A DNA stretch of 64,000 bases, from assembly GCA_037137655.1 (NCBI GenBank), contig JBAXJX010000001.1:161188-225187 (forward strand). Reading direction: 5' to 3'. Every line of letters starts with the position of its first letter. Position 1 is the stretch's first letter. The notes below the pieces were generated by a model that was given only the letters and a program-made list of their open reading frames with translations, did not search any database and was not told where the DNA came from. Shown here in pieces: positions 54,892 to 64,000 of the stretch. This stretch comes from Candidatus Falkowbacteria bacterium. Its GTDB lineage: Bacteria; Patescibacteriota; Patescibacteriia; Patescibacteriales; UBA12465. The position numbers and the translations under genes were made by a program.

Positions 54892-55764
54892 ATGGCTCAA
54901 GGACTTGGTCGTGGCTTAAGCTCACTTATCCCACAAAAAATAAATAATACTTATTCTGACTTTGACGTTAGCGCTGATAATAAATTAGAAATTTCTGACA
55001 AGAATCGAATCTTGTATATTGATCCGGCCAAAATTGTGGCAAGTCCAATGCAACCGCGCCAAAAATTTTCTGAAGAAGCAATTGCTGATTTAGCAGCTTC
55101 AATTAAAGAGCATGGCATTATTCAACCCCTAGTTGTGGTGCGGATCGACGATGGTTTTGAATTAATTGCCGGTGAACGACGACTTCGTGCTTCTAAATCT
55201 ATAGGCTTAAAAGAGGTTCCAGTTATTGTTAGGGAAGCAAGTACTCAAAAAAAATTAGAATTAGCTTTAATCGAAAACGTCCAGCGCGAAGCTTTAAATC
55301 CGATTGAAACCGCCATCGCTTACAATCAATTGATGAATGAATTTAATTTAAGCCAGGACGAAGCCGCTCACCGCGTGGGTAAGCCTCGTTCCAGTGTGGC
55401 TAATACCTTACGTTTAATTACTTTGCCAGCGGAAATTCAGTTGGCGATAATCGAAAAGAAAATTAGTGAATCACATGCTAAATATTTATTGGGCATCGAA
55501 GGGGAAGTACAACAATTATCCATGTTTCGAAAAATCATGGTTAATAATTTATCAGTGCGCGACACCGACAAACTAATTAAAAGTGTTGGTGGAACTAAAG
55601 CGGCTAAAGTGGTGCCAAATTTTAATGACCGCGACAAAGAAGATCGTTTGGCTCGATTCTTTAATTCCAAAGTGGAATTGCGCCGCAAGAGTCACGGTGG
55701 TCAAATTGTAATTAATTTTAGTAACGACGAAGAGTTGGGAGAAATATTGAATCGCGCTGAATGA
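54892..55764 (+). CDS. parB: chromosome partitioning protein ParB/Spo0J
   Basis: Motifs: QPRQKFSEEAIADLAASIKEHGIIQPLVV, IAGERRLRAS, HTH region LSQDEAAHRVGKPRSSVANTLRL. TGA stop. Confidence 0.92.
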   Translation: MAQGLGRGLSSLIPQKINNTYSDFDVSADNKLEISDKNRILYIDPAKIVASPMQPRQKFSEEAIADLAASIKEHGIIQPLVVVRIDDGFELIAGERRLRASKSIGLKEVPVIVREASTQKKLELALIENVQREALNPIETAIAYNQLMNEFNLSQDEAAHRVGKPRSSVANTLRLITLPAEIQLAIIEKKISESHAKYLLGIEGEVQQLSMFRKIMVNNLSVRDTDKLIKSVGGTKAAKVVPNFNDRDKEDRLARFFNSKVELRRKSHGGQIVINFSNDEELGEILNRAE

Positions 55765-55788
55765 TTTTTTAGAACACTGTAAAAACAT

Positions 55789-58700
55789 ATGTCTTTTGTC
55801 CACCTACACAACCATACTCATTATTCCTTACTCGACGGTTTAACTAAAATCGACGAGTTGGTTAATTTTGCCAAAGAACAAGGTTCACCAGCGGTGGCTA
55901 TTACGGATCATGGTTCAATGTACGGTGTGATTGAGTTTTATCAAAAATGTGTCAAAGCTGGCATCAAGCCAATTATTGGGGTGGAGACTTATTTGGCGCC
56001 GAACTCGCGCCATGATAAAAACACCCGGGAAGATGCGCGCAATTTTCATTTAATCTTACTGGCAAAAAATAATACCGGTTATAAAAATCTCTTAAAATTA
56101 ATTTCTTTAGCCCACTTGGAGGGCTATTATTATAAACCGCGAGTTGATTGGGAAATTTTATCACAACACGCTGAAGGTCTAATTGCATCTTCGGCTTGTT
56201 TAGGTGGCGAAATTCCACGCTTGATTGCGGCGGATAAATTAGACAAAGCGCGGGAGCGTATTTTGGAATACAATACTTTATTTGGTCAGGGAAATTATTT
56301 TTTAGAACTCCAAGATCATCCCGAACTTGAGGGACAAGAAAAAGTTAATGCGCAGTTAATCGCTTTTTCCAAAGAATTAGGTATTCCGTTAATTGCTACT
56401 AACGATGCTCATTATTTGCGCCGCGAAGATGATCAGGCCCAAGATATTTTATTGTGCTTACAAAATAAAAAGAAGTTGACTGATACTGATCGCATGAAAA
56501 TGATTGGTTTCGGTGATTATTCGGTGCGCACCAATGAAAATATGATTGCGGCTTTTTCTCATGTGCCGGAAGCGATTGCTAATACTTTGAAAATTGCCGA
56601 GATGTGTAATGTGGAAATTGAATTAGGTAATATTCAGTTACCATACTTTGAAGTGCCAGAGGGATTTAATGAAGATTCTTATTTACGTCATTTATGTGAA
56701 GAGGGTTTGTATACTCGTTTTGGTATTTCCGGCGACACGGTTGAGCCGGAACATTTTTCTAAAACAGTAGCAGCGGATATAAAAAAAATTCGAGAGCGAA
56801 TGGATTTTGAACTTGAGGTGGTTGCTAAAATGGGTTGGCCATCTTACTTTTTAATTGTGTCTGACTTTGTGACTTGGGCAAAGAGCAATAAAATTATGGT
56901 TGGTCCAGGTCGTGGTAGTGCGGCAGGATCAATTGTTTGTTTTTTAACTGGTATTACTAATCTTGATCCAATTAAATATGATTTACTGTTTGAAAGATTT
57001 TTAAATCCTGAACGTGTGTCCATGCCCGATATTGATATGGATTTTTCCGATACGCGTCGGGAAGAAGTTTTGCAATATGTTAGTAATAAATATGGTCATG
57101 ATCATGTGTCACAAATTATTACTTTCGGAACTATGGCGGCTCGGGCGGCGATTCGTGATGTGGGGCGCGTTTTAGATGAGCCTTATGATTATTGCGATCG
57201 TTTGTCGAAAATGATCCCGATGTTTTATAAACTCGATAAGGCCTTAAAGGAAGTGGCGGAGCTTAAGAAAATTTATGAAACCGAACCGGCCGCGAAAAGA
57301 ATTTTGGATTTCGCTAAAACCCTGGAGGGTGTATCACGGCATTCGTCGATGCATGCTTGTGGCGTGTTGATCACTAAAAATCCACTTAACGAATATGTGC
57401 CGCTGCAATATGCTTCATCGGCCGATAAAAATATTGTTTCTCAATACTCACTTCATCCGGTGGAAGATTTGGGTTTGTTGAAAATGGATTTCTTGGGATT
57501 AAAAAATTTAACAATTATTGAGTCGGCTTTGCGGATTATAAAAAATACCCAAGGAATTGAAATTGATATTGATCGTATCCCATTGGAAGATAAAGCGACT
57601 TTTGAACTTTTTCAACGCGGCGAAACAACTGGTGTATTTCAATTTGAATCATCTGGCATGAAGCGTTATTTGCGTGATTTAAAACCAACCGAACTAGAAG
57701 ATATTATTGCGATGGTGGCTTTGTATCGTCCGGGTCCAATGGAATGGATTCCAGATTATATTGCTGGCAAACATAAGAAAAAGAAAATTGTTTATTTGCA
57801 TCCGAATCTCGAAAAGATTTTGGAAAAAACTTATGGTGTGGCTATTTACCAAGAACAGGTGATGCAAATTTCACAAGCTTTGGCCGGTTTCTCTAAGGGC
57901 CAAGCGGATACTTTGCGTAAAGCCATGGGTAAAAAAATTGTGAGTTTATTGGCTGAGCAAAAAGAAAAATTTATTGAGGGTTGTATTGTTAATAGCATTT
58001 CTCGGGAATTGGCGGAAAAAGTTTTCTCCTTTATTGAACCTTTTGCCGGCTATGGTTTTAACCGTTCACACGCGGCTTGTTATGCTATGGTGGCTTATCA
58101 AACTGCCTATCTTAAAGCGCATTTTCCGGCGGAATTTATGGCGGCTTTGTTGACGGCTGACCAACAAGATATTGATCGGATTGCGATTGAGATTGATGAG
58201 TGTCGCAATATGGGAATAAAAATCATGCCACCAGATATTAATGAATCATTTTCATCTTTCACGGTGGTAAATACTGGTTTGGAAAATACGAACGCCGCCG
58301 ATGGTGTTAAAAAGTTTGATACTATTCGTTTCGGATTATTGGCGATTAAAAATGTCGGCGAACACATTGTTGATACTTTAATTGCGGAGCGTAAAAATAA
58401 TGGACCGTTTTCAGATGTCTTTAATTTATTGGAGCGAGTGACTGATCGGGATTTGAATAAAAAATCTCTAGAGAGTTTAATTAAGAGCGGTGGTCTAGAT
58501 AATTATGGTGATCGTGGAATGTTGTTGGCTAATATGGAAATGTTTTTAAATTTTAACAAGGAAACCGCCAAGCTAGCGCAGAGCAAGCAAAATAGTTTAT
58601 TTTCTGATACACCAAGTTTGTATATTGCGACTCGTCCAAGATTAATTGAGGTTGGTACGATTTCTGATAAAGATAAATTACGTTGGGAAAAAGAATTGTT

Positions 58701-59421
58701 GGGCTTGTATATTACTAAGCATCCCTTTGCCCATTTTAAACAACATTTAGGTTCCTACGCTGTACCACTTATTAGTTTAAAGAGTTATCAACAAGAGGAG
58801 TCGGTGACGACTGCTGGTGTTGTGTCGACGGTTAAAAAAATTATTACACGCAGTAATAAGTCGATGTTATTCGTAAAAATTGAGGATGGTATTGGTAGTG
58901 TAGAGCTTTTGGTTTTTCCGTCACTTTTGGCGGAGACGCCGGACGTTTGGCAAGCCGGTACTCCAATTGTTATTAATGCTAAAGTTTCTGATAAGGATGA
59001 TGATGTTAAGCTTTTAATAAACAAAGTTGGTGTTTTGGATTACGATGACCCAATAAAATCCATTGATGATTTTAAGCGGGTGATGTACGAATTTAAATCT
59101 GATCCAAAAAACAAATATCGTAATATGCGCCGACCAGTTAAAGATGCGGCAGAAAAAGTGGCAACACCAATTGCTGAGCCGGTAGTTAATAAACCAGAGC
59201 CGTTAAAAATAATCTTTTTAAATAATATTGAAGAAAAAGATTCTTTGGCGCTAAAATCTCTTTTAGCGGAGCATGCTGGTGAGGCGGAAGTGTATTTTAA
59301 AATCCCGGATGGTGGGGAGGGACGTATAGTTAAAACCGCTTTTCGAGTTGATAAAACAAATGGTCTGGTGGAAATTTTAAAAAATAATTTTTCGCATGTT
59401 TTATCTGTTGTTGAAAATTAA
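55789..59421 (+). CDS. dnaE: DNA polymerase III alpha subunit
   Basis: 1210 aa. PHP domain FVHLHNHTHYSLLDG. Motifs: GPGRGSAAGS, PDIDMDF, GLLKMDFLGLKNL, YRPGPM, FNRSHAACYA. Confidence 0.96.
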   Translation: MSFVHLHNHTHYSLLDGLTKIDELVNFAKEQGSPAVAITDHGSMYGVIEFYQKCVKAGIKPIIGVETYLAPNSRHDKNTREDARNFHLILLAKNNTGYKNLLKLISLAHLEGYYYKPRVDWEILSQHAEGLIASSACLGGEIPRLIAADKLDKARERILEYNTLFGQGNYFLELQDHPELEGQEKVNAQLIAFSKELGIPLIATNDAHYLRREDDQAQDILLCLQNKKKLTDTDRMKMIGFGDYSVRTNENMIAAFSHVPEAIANTLKIAEMCNVEIELGNIQLPYFEVPEGFNEDSYLRHLCEEGLYTRFGISGDTVEPEHFSKTVAADIKKIRERMDFELEVVAKMGWPSYFLIVSDFVTWAKSNKIMVGPGRGSAAGSIVCFLTGITNLDPIKYDLLFERFLNPERVSMPDIDMDFSDTRREEVLQYVSNKYGHDHVSQIITFGTMAARAAIRDVGRVLDEPYDYCDRLSKMIPMFYKLDKALKEVAELKKIYETEPAAKRILDFAKTLEGVSRHSSMHACGVLITKNPLNEYVPLQYASSADKNIVSQYSLHPVEDLGLLKMDFLGLKNLTIIESALRIIKNTQGIEIDIDRIPLEDKATFELFQRGETTGVFQFESSGMKRYLRDLKPTELEDIIAMVALYRPGPMEWIPDYIAGKHKKKKIVYLHPNLEKILEKTYGVAIYQEQVMQISQALAGFSKGQADTLRKAMGKKIVSLLAEQKEKFIEGCIVNSISRELAEKVFSFIEPFAGYGFNRSHAACYAMVAYQTAYLKAHFPAEFMAALLTADQQDIDRIAIEIDECRNMGIKIMPPDINESFSSFTVVNTGLENTNAADGVKKFDTIRFGLLAIKNVGEHIVDTLIAERKNNGPFSDVFNLLERVTDRDLNKKSLESLIKSGGLDNYGDRGMLLANMEMFLNFNKETAKLAQSKQNSLFSDTPSLYIATRPRLIEVGTISDKDKLRWEKELLGLYITKHPFAHFKQHLGSYAVPLISLKSYQQEESVTTAGVVSTVKKIITRSNKSMLFVKIEDGIGSVELLVFPSLLAETPDVWQAGTPIVINAKVSDKDDDVKLLINKVGVLDYDDPIKSIDDFKRVMYEFKSDPKNKYRNMRRPVKDAAEKVATPIAEPVVNKPEPLKIIFLNNIEEKDSLALKSLLAEHAGEAEVYFKIPDGGEGRIVKTAFRVDKTNGLVEILKNNFSHVLSVVEN

Positions 59422-59467
59422 AAAATGGAGTATAATAAAAGTAAATTGAAAAATAAAAAATAAAAGT

Positions 59468-61054
59468 ATGGTTACAAAAAAACCGCAAAAAATTTCTTCT
59501 TCTAAAAAAGTTAAGGCGCCAGTTAAGCGCACTTACCACCGCGCTAAACCGGAATTAAAACTTAACGTGGCTAGTTCACCTAAGGTAGCTGCTCCGGTAA
59601 AAAAAGAGTCTCTACCAATGGCCCCAATTCGTTCGACATTTGGTGGTGCTTTTGTTGATGATGAAATTAAAGATGACGATGATTTCATTGTGCCAAAAAC
59701 TGAAATTAATTTAAGCCCAGCGATGCCGGTAGCTCCAGCGACACCAGTAACTCCAGTAACACCAGTTGCAGTTAACGTAAATTCGGTTGCACCACTAGAT
59801 ATAAACCAACCGATAATTGGACACCCAGAAGATGACATTGATTCTCGTCAACAATTTTTCAAAATGATGTCCGAAAAAATAAAGGAAAGTGACCCAAGCA
59901 AAGATGTGGAAACTGTTGATAATGAAATGTTGAAAAATAAATCAGTTTCTTTGTATCGTAAAATTGCAATTCGTTTTGCTATTTTTGCTGGTATTATTGC
60001 TTTGGTAGTGGCTTATTTCTGTTTTACAAAATTAACAATTTCCTTGGATTTAAATAAGGAGATTGTTAACGATAATCTAATTTTTGATGTTTACGGTAAT
60101 GAGAAACCAAGCGATTCTATTCGTGGCGTTAAAGGCGCAATTTCTCGTTTTGAATCCGAAGAGTCTGGCGTTTATCCAGCGAGCGGTGTTAAATCAAGTG
60201 AAGCTCAATTTAGTGGTCAAGTAACTTTGGTTAATAATTATTCAAAAGATCAACCACTTATTGCCTCTACCAGATTGTTATCAGCCGATAATAAATTGTT
60301 TAGAATTAAAAAAACAGTTAACGTTAAAGCTGGTCAATCGGTGGTAGTTGATGTTTATCCAGATGCATCCAGTGCTGATATGGCTATTGCTCCTGGTCGT
60401 TTTACAATTCCTGGTCTAGCATCTAGTCTACAAGATAAAATTTATGCTGAGAGTAAAGCCGCTTTTGCTTTTGTGGGTGAGAGTAAGAAATTTGTCCAAC
60501 AAAGCGATGTTGATGCTGCCGCTGCCGATCTTAATAATAAATTGTTAGATAAGGTGCGCCAAAGTGTTGGTAGTCCAAGTGGTCAATATGATTCAGTTTT
60601 GTATAGCGTGGCTCCAGCAGCTATGTCGGTGGAATTAACTGATGCTAAGGTTGGTGATGAGAAGAGTGAATTTACTGTTAAGATTAAGAATGCTGTTAAT
60701 ATTATTTCTTTCTCTTCATCCGATATCGTTAAATTAGCAATTGAACAAAAAGCAGCCGCTCAAAATAAAGATAAGTCTTTATTTGAAATTGATAAGAGCT
60801 CGTTAAAGTTTAACGTTTCTAGTTACGACTCTGTTGCTAATGTAGCCAACGTCAGTGCCGACTTCGTTTTGGGTGCCGCCTCTGATAATGTTAGTTTAAT
60901 TGATAAAACAAAAATTGTTAATTTAAATGAAGCCCAACTTAGAAGTTATTTGTCGACTATCAAAGAAATTAAAGGCTATGATCTTAAATTTTTCCCAAGC
61001 TTTATAAAGCGTGCTCCTGGTCTGATTGACCGCATTAGTGTTGTCCCTCGATAA
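59468..61054 (+). CDS. hypothetical single-pass membrane protein with a large extracytoplasmic domain
   Basis: Basic N-terminus, P/V/T-rich tract (PAMPVAPATPVTPVTPVAV) and a TM segment IAIRFAIFAGIIALVVAYFCF. The beta-rich domain that follows (FSGQVTLVNNYSKDQPLIASTRLLSADNKLFRI) reminds me of proteins often labelled baseplate-J-like in CPR genomes, but I cannot verify that here. Confidence 0.5.
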   Translation: MVTKKPQKISSSKKVKAPVKRTYHRAKPELKLNVASSPKVAAPVKKESLPMAPIRSTFGGAFVDDEIKDDDDFIVPKTEINLSPAMPVAPATPVTPVTPVAVNVNSVAPLDINQPIIGHPEDDIDSRQQFFKMMSEKIKESDPSKDVETVDNEMLKNKSVSLYRKIAIRFAIFAGIIALVVAYFCFTKLTISLDLNKEIVNDNLIFDVYGNEKPSDSIRGVKGAISRFESEESGVYPASGVKSSEAQFSGQVTLVNNYSKDQPLIASTRLLSADNKLFRIKKTVNVKAGQSVVVDVYPDASSADMAIAPGRFTIPGLASSLQDKIYAESKAAFAFVGESKKFVQQSDVDAAAADLNNKLLDKVRQSVGSPSGQYDSVLYSVAPAAMSVELTDAKVGDEKSEFTVKIKNAVNIISFSSSDIVKLAIEQKAAAQNKDKSLFEIDKSSLKFNVSSYDSVANVANVSADFVLGAASDNVSLIDKTKIVNLNEAQLRSYLSTIKEIKGYDLKFFPSFIKRAPGLIDRISVVPR

Positions 61055-61074
61055 TCTAAGGTTAATATAAATTT

Positions 61075-61659
61075 ATGCCTTTTGGCGAATACAATATTAA
61101 GCAAAATAATGCCGGTCAGAGTTTTATGTCTGAACGGGATTTGGAAAAGAGAACTGCACCACTGGTGGCTGATATCTTGGGTTACGAGCTTGATAATGGC
61201 GACGAAGATGAAGCGATAAAGGCTGGCAAGATAAGACGGTGGAATAAAGAGAAGTCTCGAGCTTATGATATGGCGGCCATGAAGGAACAAATTCGTCATA
61301 AAATTAAAGCTGAGATTGATAATGAAATTTCAGCCTCGATCAAAAAATACCTGTTTTTTGATCCTAGTGAGACAATTAAAAAAAATATTTTCAAGAAAGC
61401 TTTAGAAACAGTGATTATTGATGCTCCGATGGGTTATAAGTTTATTGATGAAATTACGGAGATATATTTGGATGACCTAGGTGATGAATTGGTGGCCGAA
61501 GCTTTAAAGAGCGGTCACAGTTTTCATGAGATCTTGATTTCTAAGCTTAGAAACTCTAATTTTGCTAATTTAGGGATCGATCGGGAAAAATTGGATTGGT
61601 ATAAAGAGCAGTGGCTTGATAAATATAACGCAGTCATGTATAAGATAGATGAACAGTAA
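61075..61659 (+). CDS. hypothetical protein (194 aa, acidic/helical)
   Basis: ORF with typical local start context. No recognisable motif. Confidence 0.45.
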   Translation: MPFGEYNIKQNNAGQSFMSERDLEKRTAPLVADILGYELDNGDEDEAIKAGKIRRWNKEKSRAYDMAAMKEQIRHKIKAEIDNEISASIKKYLFFDPSETIKKNIFKKALETVIIDAPMGYKFIDEITEIYLDDLGDELVAEALKSGHSFHEILISKLRNSNFANLGIDREKLDWYKEQWLDKYNAVMYKIDEQ

Positions 61660-61672
61660 ATAATATAAAAAT

Positions 61673-62677
61673 ATGGAATTATCAGCTTTAAACGACATTT
61701 TAAAAGATGAGCCAAATTACCGCCGTAAACAGGTTGGTCATTTGTTATATAAGGACTTAATCAGTGATTGGGAGGAGGCTACAATTTTATCTAAAACAAT
61801 GCGGGAAAAATTAAATGCTTCCTGTCCATTATTGATTGAGGGTGAATTATCCAAATCAAGTGATAAAAAATCAGAAAAAGCCCTAATTACTTTGAGTGAT
61901 GGTGTTCAGATTGAAACAGTGTTAATGCGTCACAAAGATAATCGTCGCACTGTTTGTGTTTCTTCTCAGGTTGGTTGTCCAATGGCTTGTGGTTTTTGCG
62001 CTACCGGCATGATGGGCTTTAAACGCAACATGACAAGAGATGAAATAGTGGAACAAGTTTTATTCTGGGCGCGTCGTCTAAAGGCAGCCGGAGAAGGTAA
62101 TGTGACTAATGTGGTTTTTATGGGCATGGGTGAACCATTCCTAAATTATCAAAATGTAATTGCGGCCATTAGAATAATGAACGATAAAGATGCTTTAAAT
62201 ATTGGGGCACGTCATATTTCTATTTCTACCTGCGGTTTAATTGATGGTATCAAGAAATTGGCCAAAGAAAACTTACAAGTTAATTTAGCGATCTCCTTGC
62301 ATGCTTCCAATAATCGTTTGCGCGAAAAATTAATGCCGGTGGCCAAGAAATATTCTTTAAATAAGTTATTGACCGCAGTTGATGCTTATATTGAGGCGAC
62401 AAACCGTAAAGTGATGTTTGAATACGTTTTAATTAAAAACATTAATGACGCCGAAGTTAATGCTCATGAATTAGTTCAATTGATGCACAAGCCACTTTAT
62501 TTTGTAAACTTAATTGCTTATAACTCTACTGGAAAATTCAAAACCGCCGATAAGGATAAAATTATTAAATTTAAAAAAATCTTAGATAGCGCTGGAGTGG
62601 AAGTGGTGGAGCGTTTTAGTTTTGGTGGCGATATTGATGCTGCTTGTGGCCAATTGGCCAATAAGAAAAAGGCTTAA
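61673..62677 (+). CDS. rlmN: 23S rRNA/tRNA (adenine-C2)-methyltransferase, radical SAM
   Basis: Motifs: CVSSQVGCPMACGFCATG (CxxxCxxC), MGMGEPFLNY, SLHA, C-terminal IDAACGQL. Confidence 0.92.
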   Translation: MELSALNDILKDEPNYRRKQVGHLLYKDLISDWEEATILSKTMREKLNASCPLLIEGELSKSSDKKSEKALITLSDGVQIETVLMRHKDNRRTVCVSSQVGCPMACGFCATGMMGFKRNMTRDEIVEQVLFWARRLKAAGEGNVTNVVFMGMGEPFLNYQNVIAAIRIMNDKDALNIGARHISISTCGLIDGIKKLAKENLQVNLAISLHASNNRLREKLMPVAKKYSLNKLLTAVDAYIEATNRKVMFEYVLIKNINDAEVNAHELVQLMHKPLYFVNLIAYNSTGKFKTADKDKIIKFKKILDSAGVEVVERFSFGGDIDAACGQLANKKKA

Positions 62678-62678
62678 T

Positions 62679-62792
62679 ATGGCGGCGAAGAAGGGAGCGG
62701 ACACCATGCGTTTTATATTTCTCAATGTCTTACTAGTCGCTTTGATTTATCTTTTAATAAAGTGGTTGTGGTCCACAATTGCTTTTAAATAG
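62679..62792 (+). CDS. possible small membrane peptide (37 aa), absent from the ORF track
   Basis: The ATG lies 1 nt after the rlmN stop. MAAKKGADTMRFIFLNVLLVALIYLLIKWLWSTIAFK* has a basic head plus one hydrophobic helix, and a terminator follows. Confidence 0.3.
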   Translation: MAAKKGADTMRFIFLNVLLVALIYLLIKWLWSTIAFK

Positions 62793-62799
62793 TCTAAAA

Positions 62800-62830
62800 T
62801 AAAAAAATCCGCGTTTCGCGGATTTTTTTG
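62800..62830. terminator. bidirectional rho-independent terminator between rlmN (+) and the aldolase gene (-)
   Basis: aaaaaaa-atccgcg-ttt-cgcggat-ttttttt. Confidence 0.85.
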
Positions 62831-62852
62831 TATACAATTTTTAGTCGTGATT

Positions 62853-63752
62853 TTATTTTAGTAATTTTTCAGCAACACTAAGGGGTTTGTTAAGAATAAC
62901 CACAGCGTGAATAGCATTAGCCAGAGCCACAGCTTTGTCTAGGTCGTATTGGTGAATATTACGGCCAATCGCAGTACCGGCAGTTTTAGCAATTTTTATT
63001 TGGTAGTAGATGTTTTTCAAGAGATCCTTCGGACTAATGCGACCACCACCAGCACAAATTACTTTAGTGCGGCCAGCCGCTTGAGTTACTTCGCGGAATT
63101 TTTGCGCCGTAGCCTCGGTTCCAGTATAAGGATATTTAACTTTTACAAAGTCAGCGCCCAAGGCTAAGGCCACGCCAGCCCCACCAGCAATTAAACTGAT
63201 ATCTTCCTCATCTTTAATTTTTGGTCCACGGGGATACATCCAAATTACCGCAATTAAACCATTTTTATGAGCTTCGAGCACGGCCTGACTAGCTTCACGG
63301 AGTACGTCTGCCTCATTTTTTCCACCAATGTATACTGTATATCCAATCCCTAAAATATTTAGTTTGGTTTGTTTCTTGAAATTAACGACATCGGCGACAC
63401 TTACCAAATCTTTACTGATGGCGCCAGCACTGTCATCCACTAAATTAGTTTTAGAATTTAATTTAACGAGGTAAGGGATTTTTTTGTATGATGCGCCATA
63501 ACGATCAATTAGACCGAGTTGGGTAGCAAAGACACCGATTTTGGCAGCGGCAGCAATTTTAAATAAATGTTCCGGATCATTGTCTTGCTTTGAAATTTTT
63601 GGACCAGAAAAATCTTTATTTAAATGTTCCACTTTTTGATCGCCGGCAAATAAGAAAAGGCGACCGCTGTCGCCAGTGGCAATTTTATAATTTTTCTCAT
63701 AAGTTTTTAACTTACTTTTTGGCACTGATAAAGGAGCGTATATTTTTGGCAT
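62853..63752 (-). CDS. class I fructose-bisphosphate aldolase family protein (DhnA/archaeal type, DeoC/LacD superfamily)
   Basis: 299 aa TIM-barrel-like sequence. Motifs: FLFAGDQKVEH, LVKLNSKT, ADFVKVKYP (Schiff-base Lys context), ICAGGG, GTAIGRNI. Confidence 0.65.
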   Translation of the reverse strand: MPKIYAPLSVPKSKLKTYEKNYKIATGDSGRLFLFAGDQKVEHLNKDFSGPKISKQDNDPEHLFKIAAAAKIGVFATQLGLIDRYGASYKKIPYLVKLNSKTNLVDDSAGAISKDLVSVADVVNFKKQTKLNILGIGYTVYIGGKNEADVLREASQAVLEAHKNGLIAVIWMYPRGPKIKDEEDISLIAGGAGVALALGADFVKVKYPYTGTEATAQKFREVTQAAGRTKVICAGGGRISPKDLLKNIYYQIKIAKTAGTAIGRNIHQYDLDKAVALANAIHAVVILNKPLSVAEKLLK

Positions 63753-63830
63753 ATAGTGTTTAAAAAAGAATAATTATATGTTATAATTGTTATTAGTAAT
63801 AATATTATATCATATTTTAGAAAAAAATAT

Positions 63831-64000
63831 ATGGATAAAAATGGTTTGAGCCAAGGAATAGATTTGAATAAATTTGAGGATTCCGAAGGCATTACTTTGA
63901 ATAAAATGAATATTGGCTTGTGGTTGGTTGCTCATCGCCGCCGCTTCATCCTTATTTTTATTGGATTTTTAATTGCTATGTCGGCAATTTTTTATGGTTA
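63831..64000 (+). CDS. hypothetical membrane protein, N-terminal fragment (runs off the 3' edge)
   Basis: ATG at 63831. MDKNGLSQGIDLNKFEDSEGITLNKMNIGLWLVAHRRRFILIFIGFLIAMSAIFYG..., open to the end of the window. Confidence 0.4.
   Translation, partial: MDKNGLSQGIDLNKFEDSEGITLNKMNIGLWLVAHRRRFILIFIGFLIAMSAIFYG

Noticed and set aside
54100-55800. I looked for a parS site (tgttNcacgtgaaaca-like) and for DnaA-box clusters near parAB/dnaE as a sign of the replication origin.
   Set aside because: I found no 16-bp parS-like palindrome and no cluster of ttatccaca-like boxes. The isolated cacgtg cores (6565, 7788, 42407) are inside coding sequence with non-matching flanks.
1-64000. A possible alternative genetic code (UGA recoding), as in some CPR lineages.
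   Set aside because: All conserved genes read through intact with code 11, and TGA serves as the stop of parB (55762-55764). No conserved protein is interrupted by an in-frame TGA.

Overview
This is a low-GC bacterial chromosome segment coded almost entirely on the + strand (3 of about 58 genes are on the - strand). Standard genetic code: TGA terminates parB at 55762-55764 and no gene needs TGA read-through. The style suggests a Candidate Phyla Radiation / Patescibacteria-type genome, but that is inference, since no rRNA or other marker gene is in the window. The signs are starts without Shine-Dalgarno motifs, a minimal pyruvate kinase, LemA/HtpX, an archaeal-type class I aldolase and many GspG/PilA-like pseudopilins.

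Housekeeping genes:
- Translation and RNA: argS (3' fragment), frr, hpf, ileS, valS, an ABC-F ATPase, mnmA, rlmN.
- Replication and partitioning: holB, parA, parB, dnaE.
- Secretion and proteases: rseP, secA, lemA, htpX.
- Metabolism and other: a NUDIX hydrolase, pyk, a HIT protein, a class I aldolase.
- RNA genes: RNase P RNA (about 46543-46960) and tRNA-Leu(CAA) (53475-53558).

Accessory content:
1. A roughly 17 kb Wzx/Wzy-type glycan locus (20.6-37.4 kb). It has GT2/GT4/GT11 transferases, three methyltransferases, an AsnB-like amidotransferase, a phosphoglycosyl transferase and a Wzy_C+TPR membrane protein.
2. A tandem cassette of four prepilin-fused lectin-like proteins (40.1-45.0 kb: three FISUMP heads, one DUF1566-like head) with duplicated promoters. 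It is followed by a lamin-tail-domain surface protein, rnpB and a second small glycan module (47.0-50.8 kb). I consider this surface island the best candidate for an undescribed system.
3. A two-gene ORFan islet with canonical TTGACA/AGGAGG signals next to tRNA-Leu (51.9-53.4 kb).
4. A roughly 360 bp imperfect palindrome in the 10.2-10.6 kb intergenic region.
5. A 28 bp REP-like palindromic element present twice, once forming the C-terminus of a glycosyltransferase.

I saw no CRISPR array, transposase, integrase or rRNA. All family assignments come from motif recognition by eye and no searches were run.
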